Shown here: in pieces, positions 10,076 to 21,150 of the stretch
How the letters are laid out: each line of letters begins with the position of its first letter
Numbering within the stretch: position 1 is the first letter of the stretch
Source of the DNA: Candidatus Poribacteria bacterium
GTDB lineage: Bacteria > Poribacteria > WGA-4E > WGA-3G
NCBI GenBank assembly: GCA_965205015.1
Contig: OZ242029.1
Coordinates: 4,768,001 to 4,832,000, forward strand
DNA length: 64,000 bases
Direction of reading: 5' to 3'
Notes under the pieces: generated by a model
What the model was told of the DNA's origin: nothing
The model's database searches: none
Seen by the model: only the letters and a program-made list of their open reading frames with translations
Program-made: the position numbers and the translations under genes

Positions 10076-11992
10076 TCACAAACGACTCCGATGATAAAAC
10101 CACCACTCCAACAGGAGCAGCAGGAGTGCCGCGAGCGCAAACCAACGCCATATCTCCTGCACCATCGGTTGCAATCCGCCTTCTACATCCGTTGAAGGCG
10201 CTGCAACCGTCGCCGTTGGAGAATGCGACAGTGCCGATTCCGTAGCGTTCAGCAGATTGACCGTGAATCGCTCAAGCTGCACATCATCCGCAAAAAGGGT
10301 GTAGACCCCAATCTGATCCGTCTCGGTAAACATTGAATTCGCCAATCCGACCGTTGTTCCATCAGGCTTCTGCACGTGAAGTGAGCGTCCCTCACGTGTC
10401 AACCCGACGCGCACCTGTTCTCCGGTTCGGAAGGCGTGTCGGGTTCCACTTCCTTGAGACGCAATCGGCTGCAGCGGGGCAGTTCCTCCCTCAAACCACG
10501 CTAAACACTGATAGATGAATTGCGGTCCATCGGGGACAGTCAGCGCAAAGGCAGAAATTTCCGGGTTAAACGCATCGAACTCAAAAACAAGGAGCCGGGT
10601 GTCGGATCTGCTACCGATCCATATCAATACCCCCTTCTCCGTTTCAACAAGCGACTGTCCCCAGAGTGGCAATACTCGGTGCATAGACTCGCTTACCTGT
10701 AATCCCTGCAGCGACACACTCTCCATGAGCGGGTGATTCCCATCCTCTTTGAGAACCCGCACAGGTGTCCTCTCGGTTTCAACAATCGGAGCCCCTTCTC
10801 CAATGAAGGGCAGATTGTCACCGGGCGAGATGAAGATCAGACCCGTTGCAGAGGGTACCTCAGACGCTTCATATAGTATGGAGGGTCCAAACGCCTCGCG
10901 TCCGGCGAGCGTACCCCCATCGAAAATTGCGACATCCGCATCACCAATGCCGTGATAATCCGCTGGATCAACCACATAGAGTTTCACGTGATCTCCATAG
11001 GATTTCAAAAGGTCGGGTAGTAACGATTTTCGATTGTCACTCACCAGCAAAATCCGTAGTGAGGGGACAGCGGATAGGAGCGCCGAAGCCCTGTCATCAA
11101 GCGGAAAATCGTCATCTACACCCAGGTGGACGCTGAGAACCTTCCCCTCTAAACCGTTCGGATCCCCTGAAAACAGGACTGATTTGGTCGCATTCGGAGG
11201 GATAGACACCGTTCTATCATCCAGCGGAACCGCTTCCACCGCCAATTGAACGTCGAATTCTTTGGGGCTCTCCGTAAAATTCTGAATACCCATGAGGACT
11301 TCGTAGCGATCCGCTAATATCTCAACGCTGAACCGAACGATACCGACATTCTCCGCATTCCCACCCACTCCGATTTTCTGCACCGGCAGCGATATATCCG
11401 GTAGGTTTTCAAACGTCCCACTGATAAAGACGATCTTATCTTGGGGTGAATCCGCATAGCGGGTAGCGGCATCAAACACAGGACGGAGATGTCGCGGGGC
11501 ATGCGTCTGCGCAATATCCTCTATCGCTTGATGCAGTTTCGAGGTATCCGTTGTAAAAGCTTGTTGGATATGCGTATCAGCGGAATTCGTCACCATGAGC
11601 ATCATCCCACCGCTCGCGGCAACCTCTTTAATATATTTCTGTGCTTCCTGTTTTGCGAGTGCGAGTCGAGGGGATCCCATCTCTGTTGACGACATCCTCG
11701 CGGAATTATCAACGATGAGAATCGCTTTGCCGGGCATGAATCCGGGTCTATGCAGCGCAGGGCGCGCAACGCTGAGTGTAAGAAGCAACAAAAACAGCAC
11801 CTGGAGCAGGGGGAGGAGTAGGTTCCGGAGTCGTTGGAAAGGGACATTTGCTCTCCGATCTTCGTCAGTGGAGCGCCAAAATAGAATGCTGGGGACGAGG
11901 TGGGTGTGGCGGCGTAATTTCAGAAAATGAAGTGCCACCACGATTGGAATAACACCCAGTAGATAAAACGCGGCAGGGTTTAGGAATTGCAT
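10076..11992 (-). CDS. BatA N-terminal / vWA domain membrane protein
   Basis: MQFLNP...LHFLK BatA motif, degenerate MIDAS DNSARM, C-terminal LLLLEWW helix. Confidence 0.8.
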   Translation of the reverse strand: MQFLNPAAFYLLGVIPIVVALHFLKLRRHTHLVPSILFWRSTDEDRRANVPFQRLRNLLLPLLQVLFLLLLTLSVARPALHRPGFMPGKAILIVDNSARMSSTEMGSPRLALAKQEAQKYIKEVAASGGMMLMVTNSADTHIQQAFTTDTSKLHQAIEDIAQTHAPRHLRPVFDAATRYADSPQDKIVFISGTFENLPDISLPVQKIGVGGNAENVGIVRFSVEILADRYEVLMGIQNFTESPKEFDVQLAVEAVPLDDRTVSIPPNATKSVLFSGDPNGLEGKVLSVHLGVDDDFPLDDRASALLSAVPSLRILLVSDNRKSLLPDLLKSYGDHVKLYVVDPADYHGIGDADVAIFDGGTLAGREAFGPSILYEASEVPSATGLIFISPGDNLPFIGEGAPIVETERTPVRVLKEDGNHPLMESVSLQGLQVSESMHRVLPLWGQSLVETEKGVLIWIGSRSDTRLLVFEFDAFNPEISAFALTVPDGPQFIYQCLAWFEGGTAPLQPIASQGSGTRHAFRTGEQVRVGLTREGRSLHVQKPDGTTVGLANSMFTETDQIGVYTLFADDVQLERFTVNLLNATESALSHSPTATVAAPSTDVEGGLQPMVQEIWRWFALAALLLLLLEWWFYHRSRL

Positions 11993-12017
11993 GTTCGGCT
12001 CCCTGCATTAAGGAATA

Positions 12018-12410
12018 TTAAGAATCCTCTTTCTCCTTGAGGCTCTGCAGGACCTCATCCGCCTCCAGCCTACCGGTTTCGCCATAGTCCTGGAGGCGTT
12101 CACATGCGGCTCGGACCTTATCGTGTTCGTCAAGTTCCAAATAGAGATTCGCTAAATTCGTGTGCATTTCCCGAAACACACCGGGCCAATTCCGTTCGCC
12201 TTCTTTGTCAATGATACGGGTCGCGTTTGCGATAGCCGTATTGACAACCTCGTCCAATTCCGCTTTTTCCTCAGTTGAGATCTGAAAATCCGCCTCTTTG
12301 CGTTTTTCGTTGTAGGCTTTTAGGTCACCCAATGCCTTATCGCATTGGTTATATGTTTTTTCAATACTCAACGCACCTTCAAAAATTTTTGATAAGAATC
12401 CTAATTTCAT
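12018..12410 (-). CDS. Hypothetical helical (TPR-like) protein
   Basis: 130 aa ORF with GGAG RBS; HTNLANLYLEL TPR-like segment. Confidence 0.6.
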   Translation of the reverse strand: MKLGFLSKIFEGALSIEKTYNQCDKALGDLKAYNEKRKEADFQISTEEKAELDEVVNTAIANATRIIDKEGERNWPGVFREMHTNLANLYLELDEHDKVRAACERLQDYGETGRLEADEVLQSLKEKEDS

Positions 12411-12472
12411 AGCATCTCCGAATGGATGTAGGGCGGAGGTGGAAGTACCTCGCCCTACAAATTACTTTAGAT

Positions 12473-13255
12473 TTAGAAATCGGTTTTCAATTCTCCCCAT
12501 GTCACCGCCAACTTGTCGCGCGCTTCAACGGCAAGCACCACCGGTACACTCAGTTCCATCGATTCCTTAATCTCTTCTTCAGTCAACGCCTTGGCGTATA
12601 TGACGACCTCATCGATGATCGCATCTTCGACTTTGTGGAGGGTCGGATTTTCGCCTGCCCCGATGTAAATCGCCGCCTCTTTGAACTTGGGCCACTTAAA
12701 ATTCTCTGGTTGTGATCCGATGAATTCACCGTTGACATAGATCTTGCCATCTTTCCCATCGGCAACCATAACGTAGTGGTACCACTCTTTCAATTCAAAT
12801 TTGAAGTTCGCGAGGCTTTTGTCGGCATGATGCCCGGCATCCCAAAACGGGTTGAAATTTGGGTTCACCATCGTACGGAACTCGCAACAGCCACCGGCAG
12901 CGGCTTCAATCGAGATGATTCCATCGTATGAGGCGTGCTGATTCAGGAAAAACCACGCTTCCATCGTGATCTCTGTCTTCTCCCCGATCGGAACGATGAA
13001 GTCATTCTGTGCCATTTGGACGACACCACCGTTGAGATGAATGCCATCATTGAATGCTCCCTTTTTAAGCGCACCCTTTCCATTCAATTCTGCATCATTG
13101 CCGTTGCCAGAATCGTCGATGACCTTATTACCATTGAGTTTATCAAAAGAGTAATAGACGAGGATGTCCTCTTCCTCGATAGCGTGAGAGAGACTCACCG
13201 CACATACACAGATCGCCGTAAGTCCCAACAGGAATAGATTTTTACGCATTTTCAT
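12473..13255 (-). CDS. Secreted LamG-like jellyroll protein
   Basis: Signal peptide; YYSFD, DDSGNGND, EWYHY, IDEVVIY motifs; C-terminal KLAVTWGELK. Confidence 0.85.
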   Translation of the reverse strand: MKMRKNLFLLGLTAICVCAVSLSHAIEEEDILVYYSFDKLNGNKVIDDSGNGNDAELNGKGALKKGAFNDGIHLNGGVVQMAQNDFIVPIGEKTEITMEAWFFLNQHASYDGIISIEAAAGGCCEFRTMVNPNFNPFWDAGHHADKSLANFKFELKEWYHYVMVADGKDGKIYVNGEFIGSQPENFKWPKFKEAAIYIGAGENPTLHKVEDAIIDEVVIYAKALTEEEIKESMELSVPVVLAVEARDKLAVTWGELKTDF

Positions 13256-13408
13256 TCCCCCTAAGCGTTTTCAGAATTTTAACACAAACGTTGAACACCG
13301 TCAATGTATTATACAACATTCCCCGAATTATAGCAATGCGTAATGGCAATCGGAAACCGTCAGCAAATTGTCCTTGAAAACCAACGCCTTTAGTGCTACA
13401 ATAACGGT

Positions 13409-14248
13409 ATGACATTTCTTGAAGCGATTCTCCTCGGGATTTTACAAGGACTCACAGAATTCCTGCCCGTCAGTAGTTCAGGCCACCTCGTCTTGGCACA
13501 GCAATTCCTCGGACTCAAGGAACCCCTCGTCTTTTTCGATGTGATGCTTCACGTCGGCACATTAGCCGCCGTGCTTGTGGCGTATCGTGACGCAATAGGA
13601 AGGTTGGTAACAGGTGGACTTTCTACCGTCGGGAGTTCTCGCTTCTGGCGGAAACCGAAGTCAACGCTCAACACATCGGCGGAACTCAAGTTTATATGGC
13701 TGATACTCATCGGCTCCATCCCGACGGGAATTATTGCAGTGGTGTTCAAGACGCAATTAGAGTCCTTTTTCGATGAGGTCGGTCTCGTGAGCGTCATGTT
13801 AATCCTCACCGGCATCATTCTCCAACTCCCCCGACTCCGTAGCGGGCAGACGGATACCCCTGAGAACCCAGCAGGCGAATTGAAAACGTGGCACGCACCC
13901 CTCATCGGCATCGCACAAGGATGCGCAATTACACCCGGCATCTCGCGTTCCGGTACGACCATCTCGGTGGCACTCTTTTTAGGGATTCCTGCTAAAACCG
14001 CCGCCGAATACTCCTTTCTCCTCTCAATTCCCGCCATACTCGGCGCGGTTGCGCTCAAAATCCGAGACATCGGAGACACCACGATCCCGTTTCACATCGT
14101 CGGAACCGGCATGCTCGCCTCGTTTATCGTCGGTTATATCGCCTTGCGGTTTCTATTGGTTATGCTAAATCGAGGCAAATTTTCAGTGTTCTCTTACTAC
14201 TGCGTCGCCTTAGGACTCACCTCACTCTTCATCGCCTTAATCCAGTAG
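13409..14248 (+). CDS. uppP: Undecaprenyl-diphosphate phosphatase
   Basis: QGLTEFLPVSSSGH and PGISRSGTT motifs. Confidence 0.95.
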   Translation: MTFLEAILLGILQGLTEFLPVSSSGHLVLAQQFLGLKEPLVFFDVMLHVGTLAAVLVAYRDAIGRLVTGGLSTVGSSRFWRKPKSTLNTSAELKFIWLILIGSIPTGIIAVVFKTQLESFFDEVGLVSVMLILTGIILQLPRLRSGQTDTPENPAGELKTWHAPLIGIAQGCAITPGISRSGTTISVALFLGIPAKTAAEYSFLLSIPAILGAVALKIRDIGDTTIPFHIVGTGMLASFIVGYIALRFLLVMLNRGKFSVFSYYCVALGLTSLFIALIQ

Positions 14249-14904
14249 GTCGCAACGCCTCCGAGTATCTTCTTGTTGTAGTGTCGCATTTCTGGTATCA
14301 CGCCGATACGCTTTAAGAGGTCGCAGATTTTCCTATCGTTTTGAAGTGTGTTCCGAATCCACTTCTTTCCAGTGCATCCATACATCAGACTCGCGAGGTA
14401 CATCTTCAACGGCTTCAGTCTGAAACGCTTGAGATACCTGAGTGGAAACCCCATACCGTGTCCAGAGATGGCGAGCGTGCCACCGGGTTTCAAGACGCGC
14501 GCCAGTTCAATTAAGGCGGTTTTATCGTCAGGGACATGCGGCATGACGAGGAAACAGGTTACGAGATCAAAAGTTTCGTCTGCGAAGGGCAGGGTAGGAA
14601 GCGAGGCACGCAGCAAAACAGGATCTGCAGAAGGCGGTTCTATTAACCTCCCGATTTGAGAACGTCCAGCCGTCAGAAAAATCGCATCCATATCCACACC
14701 GACAAGGAGTTCTGGTGTATCGGTAGAAAGTGCGACAAGAAGATTCCCCGCGCCACATCCGACATCTAACACCCTTTTGCCGGTAGCATCAATGCTCAAA
14801 GTATCGAGCTGCCCTCGCGTTGTACCATCTTCTAACTCGCGGTAAGCGTTCTGAATGTATGCACGGTGCCATTCTGTCAAACGACTTCCCCTCGTGACAG
14901 CCAT
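14197..14904 (-). CDS. Class I SAM-dependent methyltransferase
   Basis: VLDVGCGAG, LPFADETFD, RVLKPGG. Confidence 0.85.
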   Translation of the reverse strand: MAVTRGSRLTEWHRAYIQNAYRELEDGTTRGQLDTLSIDATGKRVLDVGCGAGNLLVALSTDTPELLVGVDMDAIFLTAGRSQIGRLIEPPSADPVLLRASLPTLPFADETFDLVTCFLVMPHVPDDKTALIELARVLKPGGTLAISGHGMGFPLRYLKRFRLKPLKMYLASLMYGCTGKKWIRNTLQNDRKICDLLKRIGVIPEMRHYNKKILGGVATYWIKAMKSEVSPKATQ

Positions 14905-14930
14905 CGGTTTCCGTCAACAATTGTTAACCG

Positions 14931-16061
14931 TTAACCGATAACGCCCCTATAAATTCCTTCTAATTTCCGAATAGACGCTGCGCTATCAAACTTCTCCTGA
15001 ATTGTCGCGCGGGCATTCCTACCCAATTCGCTCGCAAAATCAGGCACTGTCAGCACCCGATGTAGTGCTGCCGCTAATGCCGTCGGATCCTGTGGCGGAA
15101 CCCGAATACCGTTCCTCCCATCTTCTATCAAGTCCACGATACCCCCCACCTCCGATGCAATGCACGGCATCCCGATCCCCATCGCCTCGATGAGCGCATT
15201 CGGTGAACTCTCGTGTAGCGACGGCAGCACAAAGACATCCGCCGTCAACAGCACAGAGAACACATCTTCACAAAAACCCGGAAACGCCACCCACTCCGAG
15301 AGTCCGCATTCCACTGTGAGTCCTCGGAGTCCCGCCTCCAGTTCACCTTCACCGAGAAACGTGCATCGCCATGCAACATCTGCTCGGTCCAACAAGTTTA
15401 ACGCCTCAATCAGATACCGATGTCCTTTCTCAGGGGCGAACCGTCCAACGCTTAGAATTAATTTCTCCTCGGGACTACATGTGCGGGACGGTGCCCACGT
15501 CTCGTCAGGCAATTCCAATAGATTCGGGATACTAAAAATGTTTTTGTCTGGGTACCGCCGGTGGAGATGTCGTTCGATCTGCGCTGAGTTCGTCAGTAGG
15601 ACATCTGCGGCATTGTAGATGAGTTTTTCTGTAAGATAGAGCCGAAATTTGCCGTATCTCGCATGGTAGTCGCCGCGTTGGGAAGCGATGAACGGAACCC
15701 GCCGCCACAGTCCGAATTTACGCGAGAGTCCACAGAGGAAATTGGAATACCACAACCAACTATGCACGATATCGGGTTCGACAGCGTTGACAATGCCACC
15801 GAGTGCGAACGCCTTTTCGAGTACCCTCATGCGTCCGCCTTCACCTGCGAGCGTTGCGACCTCCCGTACACAGGGCAGTGCTGCGAGTTCCCGGACGTGT
15901 TCGCCTTCAGCACGACTCAACACAACGGACGCTTCATACTGCTCCGGTGGCAACCGATCCAACGTCTTGAGCAGTTGTGATTCGGCACCATCCTTTGTCA
16001 TAGAATCAATGACATAGAGAATTTTAATTTTACCTTGCGGGTCGGTGAGGCGGTTCGGCAC
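14931..16061 (-). CDS. Glycosyltransferase family 4
   Basis: VGRFAPEKG, FVLPSLHESSPNALIEAM. Confidence 0.9.
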   Translation of the reverse strand: MPNRLTDPQGKIKILYVIDSMTKDGAESQLLKTLDRLPPEQYEASVVLSRAEGEHVRELAALPCVREVATLAGEGGRMRVLEKAFALGGIVNAVEPDIVHSWLWYSNFLCGLSRKFGLWRRVPFIASQRGDYHARYGKFRLYLTEKLIYNAADVLLTNSAQIERHLHRRYPDKNIFSIPNLLELPDETWAPSRTCSPEEKLILSVGRFAPEKGHRYLIEALNLLDRADVAWRCTFLGEGELEAGLRGLTVECGLSEWVAFPGFCEDVFSVLLTADVFVLPSLHESSPNALIEAMGIGMPCIASEVGGIVDLIEDGRNGIRVPPQDPTALAAALHRVLTVPDFASELGRNARATIQEKFDSAASIRKLEGIYRGVIG

Positions 16062-16141
16062 ATGAACCTGACTTCACGTAGATCCGCCCTCCGCTACGCT
16101 TACGGGCTACCGATATGGAATCAATGCCATACTGCTAACTA

Positions 16142-17662
16142 TTACCAATACGTATAGAGAAGGACCTCTCCGACGATCAGTTGCCCAACGAGAAGACCCG
16201 CGACCCAATAGAGGTCCGACATCGGACGCGTTGTGAGGTGTTTAGCGACCGGAATCACGAAAAACGGCACCATGAAAATCCATATCCGCTCGACCTCCAT
16301 CGTAAATAGGGTCGAGAATGTGAAGTAGAGAAGCGTGATGAGGAAACCGATGAGGAACGTGTCCAACCCTTCATCATGGCGGAATATCCAAGGCACCCGC
16401 GTCCCACTGCTCTCCTGTTCAGACGAACGAGTCTTCTGCCGCCACTCCTTCAACGCGACAACGATCTGCCGTAGCCAAACGAGCGTTATCGGTAGCCCCA
16501 CGCCAATGAGGAACGCAAATAGGTTCGCGAAACTCAGGTGGAAATAACGCCCAACGGTTTCATAACCCGTTCCCATGCCCTTTTCATCTTTCTTGATAGC
16601 CGCCCAGAGTGCCTCGATTGGATCGAACCCAGTCAGAATAAAAAGGAACAGATAAAATCCGACGAATCCCGAAGCCGCGGACAGTAAGACCTTCAGATAC
16701 TGTCTGAACTGCTTCCGCTCCAGTAAAGCGACAACACACAAGAATACACCCACAACGACCGTTGAATACGTCATGAACATCCCAAGCGCAAGCGAAATCC
16801 CGGTTAACATGCTATAAGGACGGGGTTCATGCCACACCTGGTCGGGTATCATCTCTTGCGCTCGTGCCTTGTAAAACAGATAAACGCTCAAGATCGGAAA
16901 AACACTGAAGGGACCGTCCATTGACGTGCCAGTGAACATCACAAAGTTGGGGGTAATGAGAAAAAGGAGGAGGGCATACCGACCGACCTTTTCGCCGTAG
17001 AGATGTTCGCCGAGACGATAGATCGGGACGACTGTGATCGCCGTGAAGAGAATCGAGATCAACGATGCCGATACCAGATTGTAACCGAAGATTTTGCTAA
17101 AAAACCATAAAAAAATCACACCCCCCGGGGGATGGGTGCGCGTGTGTCCTGAAAGGGTATCAAACAATTCCGGTGTGCTATAATCCCGCAGAAACCTGCG
17201 GAGTCCGAGTTCGTTAATACGCGGTACATCGCCATAATACTCCAAGGAGGTCCGCGTATATGGCTCCAATAAGGTTAGGACGCGTTCCGTTTTGCCCTCC
17301 CGTTCCAACTCTCGGTAGCCATCGATTTGGGCAACGCTGATATGAATCGCCAGGAAGCAGATAACCGCTATGCCCATTAATCGACGTCCGTCTGCCCCCG
17401 AGAGCAGGTATCTGTGACACAGATACAGAAAACCGATACACACCACAAGGGCAGGCACTATCCACCAACTCACGTCAAAACTCGGTTCCGCATAAAGCGG
17501 TAAAATGTGCCTTTCAAACCGCACCGCACCGAGATTGATAGACAGCTCCCGCATGACGTAATACAGGAATATATGGTAAACCAAAAAAAAGAGTGCGAGC
17601 ACCCCAATCTGGACAGGAATGAATCGAATCGCTTTTCGGATATGTTGCCAAAAATCCTTCAT
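16142..17662 (-). CDS. GT-C (ArnT/PMT-like) polytopic glycosyltransferase
   Basis: Many TM helices; THPPG and EVERIW motifs. Confidence 0.65.
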   Translation of the reverse strand: MKDFWQHIRKAIRFIPVQIGVLALFFLVYHIFLYYVMRELSINLGAVRFERHILPLYAEPSFDVSWWIVPALVVCIGFLYLCHRYLLSGADGRRLMGIAVICFLAIHISVAQIDGYRELEREGKTERVLTLLEPYTRTSLEYYGDVPRINELGLRRFLRDYSTPELFDTLSGHTRTHPPGGVIFLWFFSKIFGYNLVSASLISILFTAITVVPIYRLGEHLYGEKVGRYALLLFLITPNFVMFTGTSMDGPFSVFPILSVYLFYKARAQEMIPDQVWHEPRPYSMLTGISLALGMFMTYSTVVVGVFLCVVALLERKQFRQYLKVLLSAASGFVGFYLFLFILTGFDPIEALWAAIKKDEKGMGTGYETVGRYFHLSFANLFAFLIGVGLPITLVWLRQIVVALKEWRQKTRSSEQESSGTRVPWIFRHDEGLDTFLIGFLITLLYFTFSTLFTMEVERIWIFMVPFFVIPVAKHLTTRPMSDLYWVAGLLVGQLIVGEVLLYTYW

Positions 17663-17668
17663 TTTTCT

Positions 17669-18793
17669 CTACATAGATTTATCGGTTTGTGATGCCTCTA
17701 ACTGTTGTGCCGCTTCTAACAACGCATTTGCCAAAAATTCCGGGTTCACCTCGTCTTTCCCTCGGAAGGTGCGTACCCGTTCACCGCGAACCTTTAGAAC
17801 CGCAAGTTCCTTGCCCCCCAAGTGGATACCGACCTCAGCGTTGCGTGTCTCACCCGGTCCGTTGACTTCACACCCCATCACAGCGACTGGGATGTTGATA
17901 CCGTGTTTCTCTAAAAGTTCCTCAGCGACAGCCACAATGTTCTCATAATCCGCCGCAGGATCGCCGCGCCCGCAGAACGGGCAGGAAACAACGTCTAACA
18001 TGTCTTCCGCCATACCCAATGCCCGAAGGAGTTCTTTCGCCGTCAAGACCTCCTCAACCGGATCACCGGTAATCGAGATACGGATGGTGTCCCCAATCCC
18101 CTCTAATAGCAACGTGCCGATGCCGAGTGTCGATTTAACATGCGAACGTCGAGGGGTGCCAGCCTCCGTCACACCGAGATGTAACGGGTATGGGACTTTT
18201 GCCGCAAACTGGCGGTTTGCTTCTATCATCCGAAGTGGATCGCTCGACTTCACGGAGATCGCAATGTCCCTGAAATCGTGTTCCTCACAAATATTGACGT
18301 GCCGCATCGCACTCTCTACTAACGCTTCCGCCGTCGGTGAGGGATATTTCTCTAAGAGATCCCGTTCCAGCGACCCCTCATTGACCCCGATACGGATGGG
18401 GATATCCGCCGCTTTCGCCGCAGATAATACCTCCGCAATCCGTTCCTCATTACCGATATTTCCCGGATTGATCCGCACCTTCGCCACCCCCGCGTCTACG
18501 GCGGCGAGTGCGTATCGGTAGTTGAAATGGATATCCGAGACGATCGGGACTGAGGCACGCTTCACAAGTGCACCGAGTGCTTTTGCGTCCGGCGCTTCGG
18601 GCACAGCGACGCGGACAATCTGTGCTCCCGCCTCCGCACACCGTTCCACCTGTGCCAATGTGGCATCGACATCGCGCGTTAAGGTCGTCGTCATCGTCTG
18701 GATCGAGACAGGGCTGCCACCGCCAATCGGGACGTTCCCGACCATAATTTTTCGCGTAGGACGCTTGTTGCTGATTTGTATTAACTCTTTCAT
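17669..18793 (-). CDS. ispG: HMBPP synthase
   Basis: SDIHF, RINPGNIG, PLHLGVTEAG, SCPFCGR, GCEVNGPGE. Confidence 0.97.
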   Translation of the reverse strand: MKELIQISNKRPTRKIMVGNVPIGGGSPVSIQTMTTTLTRDVDATLAQVERCAEAGAQIVRVAVPEAPDAKALGALVKRASVPIVSDIHFNYRYALAAVDAGVAKVRINPGNIGNEERIAEVLSAAKAADIPIRIGVNEGSLERDLLEKYPSPTAEALVESAMRHVNICEEHDFRDIAISVKSSDPLRMIEANRQFAAKVPYPLHLGVTEAGTPRRSHVKSTLGIGTLLLEGIGDTIRISITGDPVEEVLTAKELLRALGMAEDMLDVVSCPFCGRGDPAADYENIVAVAEELLEKHGINIPVAVMGCEVNGPGETRNAEVGIHLGGKELAVLKVRGERVRTFRGKDEVNPEFLANALLEAAQQLEASQTDKSM

Positions 18794-18798
18794 ATTTT

Positions 18799-19884
18799 TT
18801 AATGGCTGACAATTCCTAACGCCTTGATGAATTTTTCGTTTTCCTGTTGTGTACCGATCGTTACGCGCACCGCATTCGGATAGCCATAACCGCCAATCGG
18901 GCGCACGATGACACCTTCCTTCAGAAGCGCGTCGGCGATATCCGTCCCTGATTGTTCGAGGTGCAACATGATGAAATTCCCCTCGCTTTCGACATAACGG
19001 AACCCCATGCCGTCAAAAGCGTCAGAAAGAAAGGCTTTACCGACGGCGTTCTGTTCTCGGCTCTTTGTAACGTGGGCGGTATCCTTGAGTGCCGCTCGCG
19101 CCGCCGCTTGTCCGACCAAGCTGCAATTGAAGGGTTGGCGCACCCGATTTAAGGTCTCAACCAAGGGAGGTGACGCGATGCCATATCCGATGCGCAGTCC
19201 AGCAAGTCCGTAAATTTTAGAAAACGTTCGGGTGATGATGAAGTTCCGTCCCTCCAGCACATACGGGAGCGTCTGTGGATAGTCTGAACGCTCAACGTAC
19301 TCATAATAGGCTTCGTCAAAAACGACCAGTACATCGTCTGGTACCTGTTCCATAAACGCCGCTGTCTCGTCCGCTGTGACCATCGTGCCAGTCGGGTTGT
19401 TCGGATTCGCGACGAAGATGACCTTCGTCCTATCGGTAATCACTGCTGCCATGGCAGAGAGGTCGTGTGTATGCGCCACCATCGGCACGACGACGGCTGT
19501 CGCACTGCACAATTTGGTCACAAGACTATAGACGACGAATGCACCCGCTGCATAGATGACCTCATCGCCCGGTGCAACATACGCCTCGGCGACGAGTTGT
19601 AGCACGTCGTTCGAGCCGTTTCCTAAAATCAGATGTTCAGCAGAAACCCCAAGATCCGCTGCGAGATCCGCTTTAAGGTAGTAGGCGTTCCCGTCAGGAT
19701 AGAGATGCACCTGTGTTGCGCTCTCTGAAATCGCCTGCATCGCCAACGGCGAGGGACCCAACGGATTTTCGTTGGATGCCAGTTTGATAATATCAGTAAT
19801 GCCGAGTTCGCGCCGGACCTCATCAATCGGTTTACCACCCTGATACGGCTGAATCGTGTCAATGCTGGGTTTCGGTTTTAACAT
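18799..19884 (-). CDS. hisC: Histidinol-phosphate aminotransferase
   Basis: KLASNENP, NPNNPTG, DEAY, RTFSKIYGLAGLRIGY; start moved to ATG 19884. Confidence 0.93.
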   Translation of the reverse strand: MLKPKPSIDTIQPYQGGKPIDEVRRELGITDIIKLASNENPLGPSPLAMQAISESATQVHLYPDGNAYYLKADLAADLGVSAEHLILGNGSNDVLQLVAEAYVAPGDEVIYAAGAFVVYSLVTKLCSATAVVVPMVAHTHDLSAMAAVITDRTKVIFVANPNNPTGTMVTADETAAFMEQVPDDVLVVFDEAYYEYVERSDYPQTLPYVLEGRNFIITRTFSKIYGLAGLRIGYGIASPPLVETLNRVRQPFNCSLVGQAAARAALKDTAHVTKSREQNAVGKAFLSDAFDGMGFRYVESEGNFIMLHLEQSGTDIADALLKEGVIVRPIGGYGYPNAVRVTIGTQQENEKFIKALGIVSH

Positions 19885-20091
19885 AACGTTTCGCTTCTCA
19901 ATTCTCTTATCTCTATGCGTGCAAGCGTGTCCATCGAACACGCCCGAATACAAATCTATTATACCACACCCTCTCTTTTTTGAAAAGTTTTTTATGCGTG
20001 TTCCGCTAACGACTGCTGACGACCGATTGCGAATTGACTTCCAGACAGGAATCTGATACAATGTTTTGCACTTAAGACAACAGGAGAAAAC

Positions 20092-20275
20092 ATGAGACGA
20101 TTTGGAACCCAGGGTCCCGTCAATCCTCACATCGGAAGGTGGCACAGAAGGGTATTATGTGGTGTTTGATTATCGTGAAAATCCGGAACCCCGGGTGGAG
20201 ACGGATACAGTTGACGGTCATACAATCCACAGTTACGTTATTCCAGTCCTTCAAGCCCTCCCATCCCAACCCTAA
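20092..20275 (+). pseudogene. Internally deleted AAA-ATPase-like gene remnant
   Basis: RBS plus ATG gives MRRFGTQGPVNP; another frame then gives EGYYVVFDYRENPEPRVETDTVDGHTIHSYVIPVLQALPSQP*; from memory these resemble the two ends of a ~500 aa AAA-like family. Confidence 0.5.
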
Positions 20276-20523
20276 AGATGCAGCGTTGAAACCAATAACC
20301 AACATCCCCTTGACAAAAAAGCGAATTTCGTTAAAATAAGGAAAACAGGACAGACGCAATTTTGACTGTAGTCCGTTCTGTAAGATGAGATTCTTCGGAA
20401 AACACAGCGTTCTGGTGGCACAAACTAACAGTTTGTGCTACAAAAGAGCAGTTTGCGTAAGTCCCAGAAAATTGTTATTTTACTTCACCATTTGCGCATG
20501 CACAGCATACGAAAGGAAAACTC

Positions 20524-21150
20524 ATGGCACAAACACCTCCAGAATCCGCAGTCATCCTGTTTGACGGCACAGACCTCGGCAATTGGACGAGCTTAGACGG
20601 CAGCGAACCGGGTTGGCAGGTCGAAGGCGACGCAATGCTCGTCGTCCCACGCACCGGCGACGTCATCAGCAAAGAAACCTTCACGGATCATTTCGTTCAT
20701 GTCGAATTTAGATGTCCCGATATGCCCGAAGCAACAGGACAGGCAAAAGGCAACAGCGGTGTCTTCCTCCAAGGCAGATATGAAGTCCAAGTCTTGGATT
20801 CTTACGGCATTGAAGTCCCCGGCATGGGCGATTGCGGCGCAATTTACAACCAGTTCGCACCCCTCGTCAACGCTTGCAAACCACCGCTTGAGTGGCAGAC
20901 CTACGACATCACCTTCCGGGCACCCCGTTTCAACGACGCCGGCGAAATGACTGAGGGTCCACGCATCACCGTCATCCAGAACGGCTTGGTGATTATCAAC
21001 AACGCCCAACTCGCTGGCGGAACTGTCGGAAGTATCGATTCAGAAGCCGCTACACCGGGTCCACTGCGTTTACAGGACCACGGCAACGACGTTCGCTACC
21101 GGAATATCTGGGCAGTCCCCCTCCCACTTGAGGGTTCGGACAAATATTAG
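20524..21150 (+). CDS. DUF1080 (3-keto-disaccharide hydrolase-like) protein
   Basis: LFDGTDL, GNSGVFLQGRYEVQVLDS, LQDHG..VRYRNIW. Confidence 0.9.
   Translation: MAQTPPESAVILFDGTDLGNWTSLDGSEPGWQVEGDAMLVVPRTGDVISKETFTDHFVHVEFRCPDMPEATGQAKGNSGVFLQGRYEVQVLDSYGIEVPGMGDCGAIYNQFAPLVNACKPPLEWQTYDITFRAPRFNDAGEMTEGPRITVIQNGLVIINNAQLAGGTVGSIDSEAATPGPLRLQDHGNDVRYRNIWAVPLPLEGSDKY

Noticed and set aside
19885-20145. Long N-terminal extension of hisC
   Set aside because: Non-homologous sequence overlapping intergenic DNA; ATG 19884 gives a typical HisC length
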